This document shows, one piece after another, positions 12,224 through 28,568 of a stretch of DNA of 64,000 nucleotides. Position numbers and translations under genes: made by a program. The notes under the pieces are model-generated. The model worked only from the letters and a program-made list of their open reading frames with translations. It was not told the DNA's origin and ran no database searches. The DNA is from the human T2T-CHM13v2.0 reference genome, Homo sapiens. The stretch lies in the NCBI RefSeq assembly GCF_009914755.1, contig NC_060934.1; one strand, given 5' to 3'. The stretch's first letter is position 1; each line of letters starts with the position of its first letter.

Positions 12224-12468
12224 GGGCTTCTGAGCAGGCTCTCTGGGGCCAATCCCCAAGGATGGGGCTCTGGCATCCGATGCCCCAAAGCGGTCAAAAC
12301 TTCTTCTCCCCCAGTGCTGATCTTGCTGGGCCTTAGCTTTGGAGGGTAGGGGAGGGAGGGGAGGGAGAGGGTGGCTGAATGGGGAGGGCAAGAAGGAAGG
12401 GTCTGGGGGGAAGGGGCTGGGGAGTGGGGGTGGGAAGCAGTACGTTGGGGGCCTCGTGTGTAAGTATG

Positions 12469-12474
12469 AATAAA
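12469..12474 (+). terminator. Polyadenylation signal of the NUTM2 copy
   Basis: AATAAA about 245 nt after the ancestral stop, followed by GT-rich sequence. Confidence 0.65.
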
Positions 12475-14418
12475 TGTAGTTGTTTTGGAAAATGCTCTTG
12501 GGGTTGCTGCCTCTGTCCTCGGTGCTGTGCTGCTCCGTGGAGGGTGTCTGTGAGGGAGGGCAGAGGAACTGGCAGATGCCAGGCTCTGGGAACCCACAGG
12601 GGCCGGCCCCACTCTTTCCTCCTGACGTAGGGAGCCCCTTCAGATGCTCCAGGGACTGACAGATGCTGAGGAAGCCCTGATCCCTCCCACCACCCACTCA
12701 CAAGGCCCTGCCTGCTTTAGGGAGGCTTCTTGGGGCCCCCCATCATTATCAGCATCCCTGGAAAATCCTGGGATTGGAGAGAGCTGGCTGGCTCTTGTTC
12801 TGCTCGGTGGGAGCTGAGGAGAAGGCAGCCGCCTGCAACATGGACATGGGGAGAGGAGGCTGCTCCTGCTTAACCCTCATCAGGAAGAGCGCGGGCACTG
12901 GGCTGAGGGGAGACGTTGAGGTGACCATCCACACAGGTGTGTTTGGGATACAATGATGGGTGAGGAGCAGGGGAAGTCCTTCTGCCTGTTTCTGGGCAGG
13001 AGAGAGTCTTGTCCAACTAGCTAAAGCAGATGCTCCTTGCTGTGGCCACAGGGACTGGCCTCGGGGCCCTCAAGGTCCTGCATGGAGCCCCCCACAGCTA
13101 TGATTCCCTTCCCATATGATGACTGAACTCATGTGGAATTGATGTAGACACAGATTTACATTGGTTTCTAAAACAGTTCCCTCCCAACACACCATCACCA
13201 ATGGGAACAAGCATGTCCAGTCCATCAGGCGCAGGGTGGGTGTTTCTGCTGGTTCCAGGGCCCGGAGGAGCTGGGGCCCAGGCCAAGAGGGGCCGAGGGT
13301 CAGCCGCCCTTCTGCCAGGCACAGACCCCAAGGGCAGAGCAGGGGCTGCCTGGGATGTGGCATTGGCTGTCTGGGAAGTGCCCTGGGAGTTGGGGGCTAG
13401 GTGTTCGCCAAAGGGAGACTTCCAGAGTCTATGAGTAAGATGAGGACTGCATCAGGAGAGGGACCGAGGCTGGAGAGGATGCTCTGCTCTTTCCCAGGTT
13501 GTCCTGTCCTCCCAATCTCTGCTGAACTGCCCTCACCCCATGGGCCGACTTCTGCCCCCCTTACCCCTAAGCCACCTCTTAGAGTCTCAGATCCCAGCAT
13601 GGACAGGACCCGGCACCCACCCTTGTTCCCTCCTGGCCAACACCTTCTTCTCCATGGTCTGAGTTCTGATTCCTCCCCCAGGGCGCTTATTGGCTCAGGA
13701 CCCCTGTGACTGCCAGGGCACTGGTCCCAGCACTGCCTGAGTGCAGAGCTGTGGTCACGGTGCTGGGGGCTGGCCCAGCAGCAGAGGCTGGTGGGGCAAA
13801 GCTGTCTGGTACACGGTGGCCTGGCCCCTTGGCCAAGTGACAAAGGGAGCCATGTTTGGGTCCTCTCTGGCCCCATCTGCCCACAGAACACAGCAGTCAG
13901 CCTGACAGATGCCCCTCTGCCCCGTCCCTTCTGCTCGATGTGGGCAATGTCGGAGGCCTGCTGTCTTCTGTGGCCTTTGGGAAGGAGAGTTTATCTTGGC
14001 AGGGCTTCCCCAGCTCAGTGCACTTCAGGCCCTCGGGGAAAATGTGGGGAGCAGAGTCACTGGTGGGTAATGTGGGCAGCTCCCGTGACTCCTCTACATT
14101 CAGGGCCATCCTCAGGAGATAAGGTAGCACTGCCCCTTTGCATCGTTTAGGAATGTTAAGTGAGCCATGTTTGAAGGGAACACGGTCCATACTCTGGCGT
14201 GTGTGGGTGCCCAGCCACCTTCCTCACCTAAGGGTGAAAGTGACACCTTGGGGCTCCTGCTGGTTACCCCACTGGCTGTTGTCTATCCCACTGTCCCTGT
14301 CCTTGTCTTGGCTGAGCCATTCCTAGGAAGCAGAACTTGTGCTTCCTCCACCTCTGTGTCCCACCTGAGCCCTACAATCTGCCCCTAAATGGGCACAGTG
14401 GGGCTGACTGGGGGGCTC

Positions 14419-14794
14419 TGGTAGACTGAACATACATCCCCTGCCCAGTTCCTGTGCTGAAGCCCTAACCCCCAACGTGATGGTATTTGGAAATGGGGCC
14501 TTTGGGAGTTATTCAGGGTTAGAAGAGACCATGACGGTGGGGCCTTAATGATGGGATTAGGGCCCTGGTAAGAAGCAGAGACCCCAGAGCTCTCTCTCTC
14601 CCTGACACGAGGACACAGTGAGAAGGCGGCCATCTGCAAGCCAGAGAGAGAGCCCTCACCAGAACCTTGCCCACTGGGATGCTAACCTCGGACTTCCAGC
14701 CTCCAGACTGTGACAAATACATTTCTTTTTTTAATATGTGCCACCACCCCCAAGTCTATGGCACTTTGTCCTAGCAGCCCTATGTGACTAGGAC
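14419..14794 (+). mobile_element. MaLR LTR (MLT1A-like)
   Basis: gccctaacccccaacgtgatggtatttgg...gacttccagcctccagactgtga...tgactaggaca. Confidence 0.75.
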
Positions 14795-15329
14795 AAAGTC
14801 CATAATCTCAAGAACTTCCTTCATGACTGGTATCTGGAAACCGTGCATCAGAGCCACGGGAAAGAAAGGCTTGGCCCTTTACAACTGTCAGCACACCTCC
14901 ATCCCAAGTGCAGTGTATCACACATGAACCAGGAGAGCCTGGGACACAGTGAAAAGGAATCTGTAAATACCCATGATGTCATCACATCCACACTTGGGGA
15001 AGCCATGCAGCTTGCTCACAGCAGCTTCTGGGGGTGTGCTGAGGCTCTTGGTCAGCTTGGCCTCCCTGCTCACACACCCAGGTCACTCTCTGGGAACAAG
15101 TGCGGCTGGGGTGGCCCCTGGCAGGTTTGCCTCCAGAGACCCCTCCCTTCACCATTGGATGACAGATCCCCGAAGAAGCCATAGCCTCCTGGGAAACTCC
15201 ATCTGACAACGTGAGCAAGGCTTGCCCCCGTTAGTGAACATGCTGTGCTTTCTGACAGCTATGAGGATGGACTTAATACAGGTGGCTGCCCTTTTGTAGC
15301 TCACTTTGATTCTAACTTCAGCGTTGCAT

Positions 15330-17587
15330 GATGCCCTATGAATGGAATATACAATGTGTGTCTTTCACATCTGTCTTCTTTCACTTAGAATAATATTTCC
15401 AATGTCATCTACATTTTTAGTATGTATCATTACATCAAACCTTTTTGTTGCTGAATAATATTCCATTAATGGATATACTAAAATTTATCCATTTATCAGT
15501 TAAGAACGTTTGGGTTTTTTTCACTTTTTGGCTATTGTGAATAACACTTCTAAGAACATTTGTGTACAAGGTTTCCTGGGGATGTATGTTTCCATTTCTC
15601 ATGGCTACATACCTAAGAGTGAAATTGATGGGCCATATGGAAACTCTATGTTTAACCATTTCAGAAGGTGCCAGACTGTTTCCAGTGTACACGAACCATT
15701 TTATATACCCACTAGCTGTGTGAGGGTCCCAGCGTCTCTCCATATTCTAGCCAACATTTATTATCAACTCTCTTTTTGATAAAGTCATCCTAGTGGTTCT
15801 GAAGTTGCATCTCATCGTAGTTTGCATTTGTGTTTCCCTGATGTTGAACCTCTTTCATGTACCTATTCGCCACTTGTATATCTTCTTTGGAGCAGTGTGT
15901 ACTCAACATTTAGTAATTTTTAACTGGTTTGTGTTTTGTCATTGAGTTATAATAATTCTTTATATGTTCCAGATAAAAATGCTTTACAAGATATAATTTG
16001 CAGAAATATTCTCCCATTCTATGGGTTGTCCTTTACTTTCTTGATGGTACTCTTTGAAGCACAAAAGTTTTTACTTTGGATGAAGTCCAATTTATCTATT
16101 TTCTCGTTTGTTACTTATGGTTTTGATGTCATGTTTAAGAAACCATTAACTAGTCTTAGGTCATGAAATTTATTCCTATGCTTTTTCCTTTTTTAAAAAC
16201 CATCTTAAACATTTTAAATTGTGCAATTTAGTAATGTTATGTATATTCACATCATTGTGAAATTTAGATCTTTAGAAATTTTTTATCTTTCACAACTGAA
16301 ATTTTGTACACATTAAATACTAATTTCCCCCCTACTCCCACCCCCGGCCCTTGGCAATCACTACTTTATGTTTCTGTGATTTCGACTACCTTAAATACTT
16401 CATATGAAGAAAAGTATTTGTCCTTTTGTGATTGGCTTATTTCACTTAGCATAATGTTCTTGAGATTGATCCATGTTCTAGCATGTGACATGATTTCCTT
16501 CTTTCCGTAGGCTGCTTAGTCTTCCATTGTATGTATATACCATATTTTATCCTTTCATCCACCAATGGATATTTGGATTGGATCTCTTGGCTACTGTGAA
16601 TAATGCTGTAATAGGGATTGTATGGAATTTGTAAATTGTTTTAGGTAATATGGACATTTTAACAATATTAAGTCTTCAAATCCACATGCATGGAGATGTC
16701 TTTTCATTTATTTATATACTCTTTGGTTTCTTGTAGCATTGTTGTTTTGTAATTTTTAGTGTCCAAGTTGTTTGCCTACTTGGTTAAGTTTATTTCTAAG
16801 TATTTTGTTCTTTTTCATGCTATTATAAATAAAATTGTGGGTTTTTTGTTTTTGTTTGTTTGTTTGTTTATTTGTTTGTTTTTGTAGTAGAGACAGGATT
16901 TCACTATGTTGGCCAGGCTGGTCTCAAACTCCTGGCCTCAAGTGATCCGCCTGCCTCAGCCTCCCAACATGTTGGGATTATAAGTGTAAGCCGCCGCACC
17001 TGGTCTGAAATTTTCTTCTTAATTTCCTTTCCATATTGGTCATTGCTAATGTATGGAACTGCAATGGATTTTTGTGTGTTAATTTTGCATTTTGTAACTT
17101 TGCGGAAATCATTTATTAGTTCTTACAGGTTTTTGGTGGAATTTTTAGGGTTTTCTACATATAAAACCATATAATCTGTAAATAGAAATAATTTTACTTC
17201 TTCCTTTCCAACTGGAATGCCTTTTATATATCTTTTCCTTGTCTAATTGCTCTGGCCCAGTACTATGTTGAATAGAAGTGGCAAGAGTGGGCATCCTTGA
17301 CTTTCTCCTGTACTTTGAGGAATAGCTTTGTCTTCCACTAGTAAACATAATGTTAGTTGTGGGCATTTCATGTAAGGCCTTTATTATGTGGTAGTATTTT
17401 CCTTTTATTCCTAGTTTGTTGAGTGTTTTTAATGATGAAATGGTGTTGAATTTTGTTGAATGCTTTGTCTGAATCATGTGGTTTCTGTCTTTCATTATAT
17501 TAATGTAGTGTATGACTTGATTGATTTTTGTATCTTCACTCATCCTTGCATTCCAAGTATAAATCCAACTTGGTCATGATGTATAAT
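15330..17587 (-). mobile_element. Old L1M (L1MA/MB-type) fragments
   Basis: Antisense L1 3'UTR and ORF2 remnants; the minus ORF 17145-17543 resembles degraded ORF2 RT (KTLNKLGIKG). Confidence 0.8.
16841..17004 (-). mobile_element. Alu monomer (FLAM-like) with (TTTG)n tail, nested in L1
   Basis: Antisense left-monomer sequence. Confidence 0.8.
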
Positions 17588-17816
<229 letters not shown>

Positions 17817-19671
17817 TTGGCTCTGACATGGCAACTTTGCTGACCAGTACAGGGTGTTCTTGTCCAGGAGTCCATGGACCCTCAGGCAATCTAGCAAAAT
17901 TTGGAGTCTGTGATGGGCTTGGAAATTTCAGTGAAGATTTGGGAGGGTCCTAACCCCAGCTATTTAAGAGCCTCTGCTTTAGATGGTGTGAGGGACCCAA
18001 CAACCACATTCTATATAGCTGTCCTGGGCATGCTTGGTCTTCCCAGCAATGAATTTTCTGTGGTGTGGCCTCAGAGCTCACTTCACTCCACCCTGAGACT
18101 CTTGTACAGTGAAGTGCAAGAACGTGGCCAGGCCAATTGTCAGCAGTCAGCTCCTGGCCTGCCTAACTCAATATAGAGCATGCGTCCACCATGTGCTACT
18201 CTGCTGCCCAGAGTCATTGGGCTCATGAGCCAGATATAAATGCTGAGTCTGGGGCCTGCGTGCCCGAAAGGTCCTTTCCTCTCAGTTGGCCCAGGGAGCA
18301 TCACACAGGGCACTCTTCTCCTCAGTCTCTCTCGCATCTCTCTGGCAGACAGGTGGTCACGATCGTCAGTGCTGTGGGGCCCTATTATTCCAGAGTAAAT
18401 GCTGGAGCCAGACTTACCCTGTGGAAATGCATGAGGACGTGGGCTGTGGCGATGGGCACCCTCAGTCAGGCACCAGCTGTCCCGCGTTCCTGGCTTCCAC
18501 CTCTGGGGCAGCTCCCTGACATTCTCTGAAGTCTGTCCACTTCGTTTTCTGTTACATTTGCCCTTGTCAGGGGGAGCAGTGGGCTTTGGCCTGTTTACCT
18601 AAGCCCTCATGTGTGTGCTGCAGCCTGGCTTGGGACACATTTGGTCTCCATGTGAAGACCGAGATTGCAACTTTCTGCGCTTGGAGCCCAAAAGGACAGG
18701 TGGGGCCTGAGGGATGGATGCCCCCATCCCAGGACAAGGAACTTCCCCCAGGAGAGCTGCTCATGGCCCCCTTTAACTCCCAACTCCCATGGAGGGGCTG
18801 ACAGGGTCTCCCTGCAAGCTGAGGCTCTGAGCACAGGGACACCTGGGGCCCCACATACCAGCCCCATGAGAAATAGGGCCAAAGAGCCTCATTCCCCCTG
18901 TGAGTGGCTGGTCACCCACACTTCAGGGCCTCATCCTGCACTGATCTGCACCTGACATGCTGACTCTTCCTTGGGCTTCATCCCCTGGAGTCGTCCCCTA
19001 TTCCTGGCTCCCATGCTGGTGGCCCTGCCTTCTCCCCCAGACACCCAAGGACTCTCCAGGCCATACCTCAGTGACAGCAGCTTTGCCATCCCACTGGCCT
19101 CAATCCCAGAAAAACTTAAAGAGAGAAAGGCCCAGGATTTTAAAAGGGCTAAGACTAATGTTACAGAAAATGGACTGTGAGATAAGGAATTTTCACAAGT
19201 ATTCTCCAATTTATACAGAGAATGAAACAGAAATTATGGAATTCAAAGTTGCAAAAAACAACACTAAGAAATAGTGGTTTAAGCGGATGATGCTTTCATG
19301 GATTCAGGGAAATGACTGCTATCCACAGAGTGTGCAGAGGAAGTGCCTGGTCCTGGTGGGTAGCATGGCTGTGGCTCATCCAAGAGAATGAGACAGGGCT
19401 GGGCAAGCCTTATATGTGGAATTCACCAGAGTGAAGCTTGGCCAGTGATGCAAGGGAAGGACCATGATGCTGAAGGTATTGACTACCAATTTTTGCCACC
19501 ATCAACCCTGATTCAAAGCATTTGCTGAAGAACCAGAGCAGACTGACAGTGAGATTTTGGGCCCCCAGGCCAGTCATCCCTACAAAATGAAATATTTCTC
19601 TAAGAACAGGACAAGGAGTCACCATTTTCCCAAACCACAGACCATATCTTAATAGAACAACTTTTTAAAAA

Positions 19672-19915
19672 GTTTTTATTTTATTTTAAAGTTCCAGGAT
19701 ACATGTGCAGAATGTACAGTTTCATTACATAGGTATACATGGGCCATGGTGGTTTGTTGCACCTATCAACCCATCATCTAGGTTTTAAGCCCTGCCTGCA
19801 TTAGGTATTTGTCCTAATGCTCTCCCTCCCCTTGACCCTGACCCCCTGACCCCCTGACCCCCTGACAGGCCCCGGTGTGTGATGTTCCCCTCCCTGTGTC
19901 TATGTCTTCTCATTG
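19672..19915 (-). mobile_element. 5'-truncated L1PA 3' end with ~20-bp TSD
   Basis: L1PA 3'UTR (ttacataggtatacat...tgtgatgttcccctccctgtgtc). Flanked by aatagaacaactttt(t)aaaaa at 19651-19671 and 19916-19935. Confidence 0.88.
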
Positions 19916-20911
19916 AATAGAACAACTTTTAAAAATGTGCAGCTGGAGCAGCCTTGAAGGGAATTGGTAAGCAGTGAGTGGAGAGTGGTGTGTTTCAGGG
20001 AGGATTTGGACTGTCTGGCTTGCAGGTGACCCTCTTGTCCCACAGAGGCAGTCTGCCAGTAACTCATCAGGAAGCCCAGGTAGTCTTCCTCAGGCACTTC
20101 CATCATTCCTGGGATGGCAGAGATAAAAAGGGACTGGAAGAGATGGGGGCAGAGAACAGCCCTCACTGACAGCACAGAGCCCCACCTCTCCACACAGTCT
20201 CTGTCTCCTCTCCTCCTCTGCCCACACGGTGACTCCCAGCCGCTAAGATTCCTGCTTTCAGCAATGCCCCTGATAGCACACCAAATATCTGAGGAGTTCT
20301 AAAACACCAACTCTTCACTGCCCAATAGCACAATGAAGAAATTGAGGAAAATGTATATGTCCCTGAATGTTGCTAATGGTCTAAGGGCAAACTGCTACTT
20401 ATTCTGCATTATGTACTTCTTAGTTAATTGGGGTTAGGATGTCATTTTTAATGAAATGATGTTAATAGTGTTTGTAAAATGAACGATGTGCAACCCCATG
20501 AAAAACTCTGTGCTTTTAGAAGGAGTAAAGGAAGCAAGGAGGAGTGATAAAAATTTTGATTGTTGAAGTGGCCTGGGGGCAGGTTGAACTTGTCCAAGAC
20601 TGCTTCCCTGCAGGCCAGCCTCCTTAAATGCTTCATGAATGCTCTCCATCACTGGGCGTAAGGTCATCAAGGCTGAGTTCTAGTAGAAGAGACATTCTAG
20701 AGGTCTAGAATGTCTTATACAAACACACTTAGAGACACCTGTTCTAGTAGTCCACCATTGCCTCCACTCCTTAGGTCTTGAAGCGAAATCATATTCATTC
20801 ATTCTACAAGTATCTACTCAAGATGTGATATTTGTCAGGTGAGTGATGAGCACAGTGGTTGATAGGCAGAGACAAACAATAATAAAAAAATGAGTAATAA
20901 AGGGTAATGAA

Positions 20912-21062
20912 GGCTGGGCATGGTGGCTCATGCTTGTAATCCCAGCACTTTGGGAGGCGGAGGCAGGTGGATCACCTGAGGTCAGGAGTTCAGGACCAGT
21001 CTGGCCAACATGGTGAAACCCTGTCTTTACTAAACATACAAAAATTAGCTGGGTGTGGTGGC
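20912..21062 (+). mobile_element. AluS left arm (3'-truncated)
   Basis: ggctgggcatggtggctca...aaaattagctgggtgtggtgg, then non-Alu sequence. Confidence 0.85.
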
Positions 21063-22229
21063 CTCTGCTGAGCTCTCTTTTGTGTTTTAATGTAAGGTTA
21101 AGGAGCTCCTGGGCCTTTGGGGATTCTCAGCCAAACCAGGTCCCATCATCATGGCTTTCTCCCCTCTCTGCACGGGCAGACAGATAATCTGCTGCTGCAC
21201 ACAGGACACACAGAGCTCACCCCTGCTCACTCAGGCTCACCTCCTAGGATGCCTCCTAGGCAGGCAGAAGTCGAGGCTGGCTAGCCACCCTCACATTCTG
21301 GGACCAGGGACCTGCACCTGCCCTTGCTACACTCAACTGTCTCTCGGGCTGTCACCACTGCCCTCAGAAGAGCTCACACTGCTGGGGAGCCCAACTGTTT
21401 CTCAGGATCTTGCCAAGAGGTGGCAAGAGAGTTTCCCCTACTTACCTGCCCACTGGGAACAAAACTTTATTTACTTTTTATTGAGGTAAAACAGATTTAA
21501 CAGAAACTACCATTTTCATCATTTTTGAGTACAGAGTTTATTGGCGTTAAGTTTATTCACATTGTTTTCTCACCATCACCGCCAATTCATCTCAAGAACT
21601 TTCTCATCATCCCAATATCAGACTCTGAACCCATTAAACACCCAGGTCCCTGCTCCCCTTTTTCCAAGTCCCTTAATTTGAAGTGCAATGAGGAGACTAT
21701 TTTTGAAATTAGAATGTTCACTTTTTGTTGACTTTCTCCATGAAAACCTTCCCTTGATTTAGTCAGAAGTCCCCACACCCTGGTTTCTGGGACAGATTCC
21801 TCCCAGGCCTCAGGAGACTGTGCCCCATCTGCTGATGATGCCATAATGGGACCCCAACAGGAAAACCACGATATCTAATGTGCAAGGGCGGGGTTTTCAG
21901 GGGAGAGGAGGGGGTTTCCCGAGAATTCTGGAAGCATGTCTGGAACTAGAGCCTTGCGTGGGAAGTGCGGCATTTTTCTATCAGTGAAGCACTGACAGAA
22001 AAAATGGGGAGACACCTTCTGAGGGGGCATCACAGGCAGGGGAGAGGAGAGGCAGATAAGCACTGGCTGCACTTATACTCAGGCCACTGAGCAGCGGAAA
22101 CAGTCCAGAGTGTGTGGTGCCACTTTCCCATTGGGATGTTGTGCCTTTTCTTACCAATTTTTGAGAACTTTTGGAATATTATGGATAATATTAAGGATAA
22201 TAATCCCTTTCCCAGTTCTGGGCTGCTCC

Positions 22230-23860
<1,631 letters not shown>

Positions 23861-24002
23861 ATGGGGAACAAATAAGAAGCAAGTCTCCCTCCACATATGG
23901 TCCCCATGAATGGACATTGCTCCCGGAGGAAGGGGCTCAGTCCATTGAAGTTAAATTTAAGCTGCTCTCTCCTTATAAAAGCCAGAGGCCCCAAACCTCA
24001 AA

Positions 24003-24004
24003 GT

Positions 24005-24048
<44 letters not shown>
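24003..24048. repeat. (TG)n microsatellite
   Basis: Near-perfect TG run. Confidence 0.95.
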
Positions 24049-24049
<1 letters not shown>

Positions 24050-26269
24050 GGAGGAGGATGTGGGGCTGATGAGCCCAATCAGAACCACAGTGTATTTGAG
24101 GCACTCCCCTGTGGACAGAAGAAGAAGCCAGCATGTGTCATCATCAGCTGTGCCCTCCCCCGCTTGACTGTTCATCTGGCTGACCAAAGCCCCCAGCCAG
24201 GTCTCTATTCTTTGAACTGGCAGGATGCCCACCGCTATTTCCAGGTGCCCCTCTTCCTGTTTACTTTGATGGGCTCTTCTCTCTCCTGATTGTAAATTAA
24301 AACCTTATTCTTTTTGCTCTGCCTCTGCTCATGTGTCTATATATTTTATAATATATATCTTACATATTTTAATTTTTAATTAAATATTATATATATTAAT
24401 TATATGTAACCTTAAAACTAGATATAAAGAATGTAGGCATATAGATACCTTGCAACCATAAAACCTAAAGAAACTTGCAGATCAACAAATGCAGAGACCT
24501 CATAAAATTCAAATGACAATATTAATATAATGGAACAAAGGCAGAACAGTCACTCCCCTCCGCTGTGAGGAAGTGGCGCCCCCTGTCCACATGCAGACTC
24601 TCCTGAGACCCGCCTGTTGGCGGTGTGCTTTGCAGTAACTGGCTGCTTCCACCACTTGTCCCTATGTAAGTTACACAGAGGCTTCCTTTGCACATCCTGT
24701 AATGAAGCCTTTTGGCCTTCACTTGGTGAGAACACAATATTTCATATTAACTCCCTGTGCATTCTTTTTTCTTTAATATTTCTCTATAACAAAGAAAATG
24801 TCATGCCCTGGCACCAAAGAAATGTTAAATAGATAAAAATATGGAAGCTCTCTGTTAAGTCGATCATCCAAATGAACCAAAATATGTTGATCTTGATCGG
24901 TCACTCCACATCTCCAGCAATATGACCCTGTAGGCACCTGATCTCCTCCATTAACATTTTATTTACAAAATCAGGCTTCAGACCAAAGCTGGCTATGGTT
25001 TGCTGACCCCTGTTCTAGTAGAAGAGACATTCAACAACTAATTACACAAATAACAACCACTAAGTGCTATCAAGTAAAAGTACCCAATGCTTAAAACCCT
25101 CTAAGAGTAGAGATTGAACCTATGCAGGTAGATCAGATTGCCCTGAGGGAGTGGGTCTTAGATTAAATGTAGTTAATTAGTCAGGTGAGGGCAAGACTAC
25201 TCCAGATGGAGGAAAACACCTGGGGAAAGGGTTGGGGCAGAAGACAGCCTGGCAAACCCAGTTTGAAAGAGGCTTATGGAGAGGGAGCAGGAAGAGTGAG
25301 GGCCAGCGCCTGTGAGCTCAGGCTGAAAACAGCAGGGAGGCCAGCCCCTGTGAGGTCCTGTGGGTCTTGTGAGGGAATTAGTTCTCTATTTAAATACAGA
25401 GACTGCGGCACAAGACAAGATGGAGTTGGAAGCCTCCTCTGTTCACCTCCAGACCCACCTTCTGTATCCTCTTTGTGTGCATTTTGGTTCTAGGCTTGCC
25501 CAGTGTCTTTACAAGTTTTCCTCCATGCAATTCCAAAATCTTCCAACAAAACAAAAAGGAAAGGAAATTTTGTCTGCACCTAGGCTATCCTATAGTGGAG
25601 GACCTAGAGGACTGGAGAGAGCTGTGTTCCTGATTCTCCTTTCCTCTCTGATGCCCCCTTATATGGAGTCTTAGCAAAGCTTTCTCTGTCCTCGATGTCA
25701 AAGGAGCCTTCAGAATATCGCCTGGGCTCCTCCTCCTGTGTTACCATGCCTTCTGGGTCTCGCCCTGCCCGCCTCTGGACTCTGTCCTCACTGCCTCAAT
25801 TCCACTCTCTGCTTGGGGACACTTGCATAGCTTGCTGCCCCGTGAATGCTCCATGTCCCCTTTTCAGTTCCACGTTGTTCCTCTGCTGGAAGAGCATGTG
25901 CCTCGCCTGGCCCCTTTGTCTGGACACCTTCTTTTCTTTAAGAATCCACCCAGGAATGGCTCCTGATGCTTCCAGGTCTGCAGGAAGCCATCCCCGGCCC
26001 CTTCCTCACCCAGCCTGAGCGCTGTGCTCCCCTGCAGTGTCCACACAGTTCCCGGTGTGAATGACTGACATCCCAAACTACTGTTCACGTCAGCCTCCTG
26101 CACCGCACCCTGAGCTTGTGAGCTCTATGACAGCAAAGGGCTTATGTGAAGGGCGTTTGGCACTTTCCATGTGAAGTTTAACCCATTTACCTTGTTAATT
26201 CCATTTGTTCCCACCTCTTAGGTACCTGCATATTTCTATCCTTCAGATTTCCTAGCACTGGGCCTTATA

Positions 26270-26455
26270 GCAGCATTTCTTAAAATGGGATCCCCAGTCC
26301 AACAGCATCAGCATCACATGGGAATTTGCTGGAAATGCAACTTCTGGAGTCCTCCTTGGACCCCTGGGATCTAAAACTCTGGGGTTAGGTGCAGCGATCT
26401 GTGCTTTCATAACCCCTCCAGCTGACACTGAGGCCGGCTAACGTTTGAGAACCAC
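26270..26455. mobile_element. MER5-like hAT DNA transposon relic
   Basis: cagcatcagcatcacatgggaatttgctggaaatgcaa...gtttgagaaccac. Confidence 0.7.
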
Positions 26456-26799
26456 GGCCTCCCAGGAAGTCACTGCTCATGAAATTGTTGATTCCCTGAG
26501 GACAGTAACTGGTTATTTTCAATCTGAAAAAGAAAAAGAGTAACTGAGGAAATGACAAAGAAAATTTTTACTTTAGAAAAAGAATTTTCTGACTTGATAT
26601 TTCAAATACGTGACTTCCAAAGAAGGCTTAGTTTTGTACATTTAAAAACAAGGTTGATTCTGCCTGGCTCAGTCTACCCCACGTGTGGTTTTGCTGAAGG
26701 GCAGGTGTTTGGAAGAGATAACCTTACCAGGTGCCCTCCACTGCTCAAGTTCTCTGCTTCTAGGATATTCTATGTAGCATAAAATAAATATAAGCTAGA

Positions 26800-27000
26800 G
26801 AGGAGGGCATGGTTGCTAGGGGAGTAAAAAGATGGTTTCTGTTTTGCAGGATGAAAGTATTCATGGATGGATGGTGGTGTTGGTTGCATAAAAATGTGAA
26901 TGTATTTAATGCCACCAATCTGTGCAGTTCAAGATGGTTAAAATGATCAATTTTATGTTATTTATGTTTTACCACATTTTGAAAATAAAAATAAAAAGAT
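26800..27000 (+). mobile_element. L1M 3' end fragment
   Basis: ggatgaaagtatt...gtgaatgtatttaatgccac...aaaatgatcaattttatgtta followed by an A-rich tail. Confidence 0.7.
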
Positions 27001-28299
27001 AAAGCTGGCACCTAAAAATGTCCAGGTAACAATAAATCTGGCAGAGTGAAGTACAGGACTACCCATTGTATTTAGAGCAGCCCAGCAAAGCAGAGGCCCC
27101 TAGAGAAATGGGGGATAAGAAAAGTGAAAGATTGTTATTTCCAAAATAACCACCTACAAAGTACAAAGTGGTCTTCCTAATGGGAAGAAGTGATTGTTCC
27201 TTGGCTCATTTTCTTTTTTTTCCTTTTTTTTTTTTTTTTAGTTTTCAGGGTTTTTGTTCAGTTTGAATTCATATATGGGAGGATGTCATAGTGTTTGCAG
27301 GCCTTTGGATTCTTGAGAACTTAATCAGGCCAAGCTGTTCATGAGGAGTGGGGTGCTCAAATTCATTCTTCCAACAAGGGGCTGTTGGGTACCACTATGG
27401 TGCCAGCCCCGTGCTGGCCACAGGTATGAAATGCCCAGTGAGGGCCACATCCTGGCTCACCTACCAGGCCACGGGCTGAGCTCCACAGCTGCCTGAGAAA
27501 TTTGCTTTCAGGGGTAATTTGTAGAGATTGTAGCTGAGCTTTGGGTGACAACCTGAGGTGCGGTCAGACTTTATCATCACAACCAAAAGTCACATGCTGA
27601 TGAGAGGCTCCAAACAACACCTGGAGCCCATGACCCAGCAACTTCCAGATGTTGAGTTGGGACAGGGAACAGGCTTGTCTGCTCCAAATGAATGCCCTGG
27701 CCAGAAAGAGAAAACCAGGGAGGCACTGTTGAAAGAGCGTGTTAAGGAGCAGTGAGCCCCCTTCCACCTCCACCAGGAAACGTCCCCAGGACAGACAGCT
27801 GCCGACCTCTTTCTGGAAGCGCTGGGCCTCAGAAGATTGCTGTTTCCTGCCTACTTGCTCCCAAGGCATATTCTTGATCAGAAAGGAGGGAAGAAGTGCG
27901 TAGGCATGGGGAGGAGGGGCAGGGAAGAAGTCACAGGAATGCCCACAGCAGAGGTCTGTGGAGATGCTGGGCTATCCCTGGTGGCAACACTCTTGGGGCT
28001 GGCGCTGGGTGAGGATGGCCTCCAAAGCACCCTATGCTGTGACTCCAGCCCCCAGGATCCTCCTCAGGGTACAGAGAAGGAGCTCAGGTGAGCTCTGGGT
28101 GGATGATACCATCTTTTCCCATTGAAATCACAGAATTTTACAACTAAAGAGAACTTCCAGATGATTTGAGTCAACCGCACTCTTTTGGGGGCTGGAAGCA
28201 GAGATGAAAAGATTTAGACAAAATTACACAGTTCAATGATTAACAATTCAGACTGTCAGGCCATCTGACCACAACTGAGGCCCCCGGATACTACTCTAC

Positions 28300-28568
28300 T
28301 AAGTGTATTATACTGTGGTGTGTATGTAGGTGTGTGTGCACATGTGTGTGAATGTGTGTCAGGACTACATGTATATACATGCGTATTGTGTAAGGGTGTG
28401 AGTATGTGTGTATTTGGGCATCTGTACATAAGTGTATGTGTATAGGTGTGTTGTGTGCATACATGCTCATATGTGTAATGAGTTAGTGTGCATGTACCTA
28501 TGTGTGTATTGAGCATGTGTGTAATTCTATGTGTTTGTGGGTGCACATATATGTGTATTTGTGTGTGC
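28300..28568. repeat. TG/TA-rich degenerate microsatellite
   Basis: Interrupted tgtg/tatg runs. Confidence 0.85.

Noticed and set aside
7843-14794. Two MLT1-like LTRs as the ends of one provirus
   Set aside because: They are in opposite orientation and have NUTM2 exons, not retroviral internal sequence, between them.
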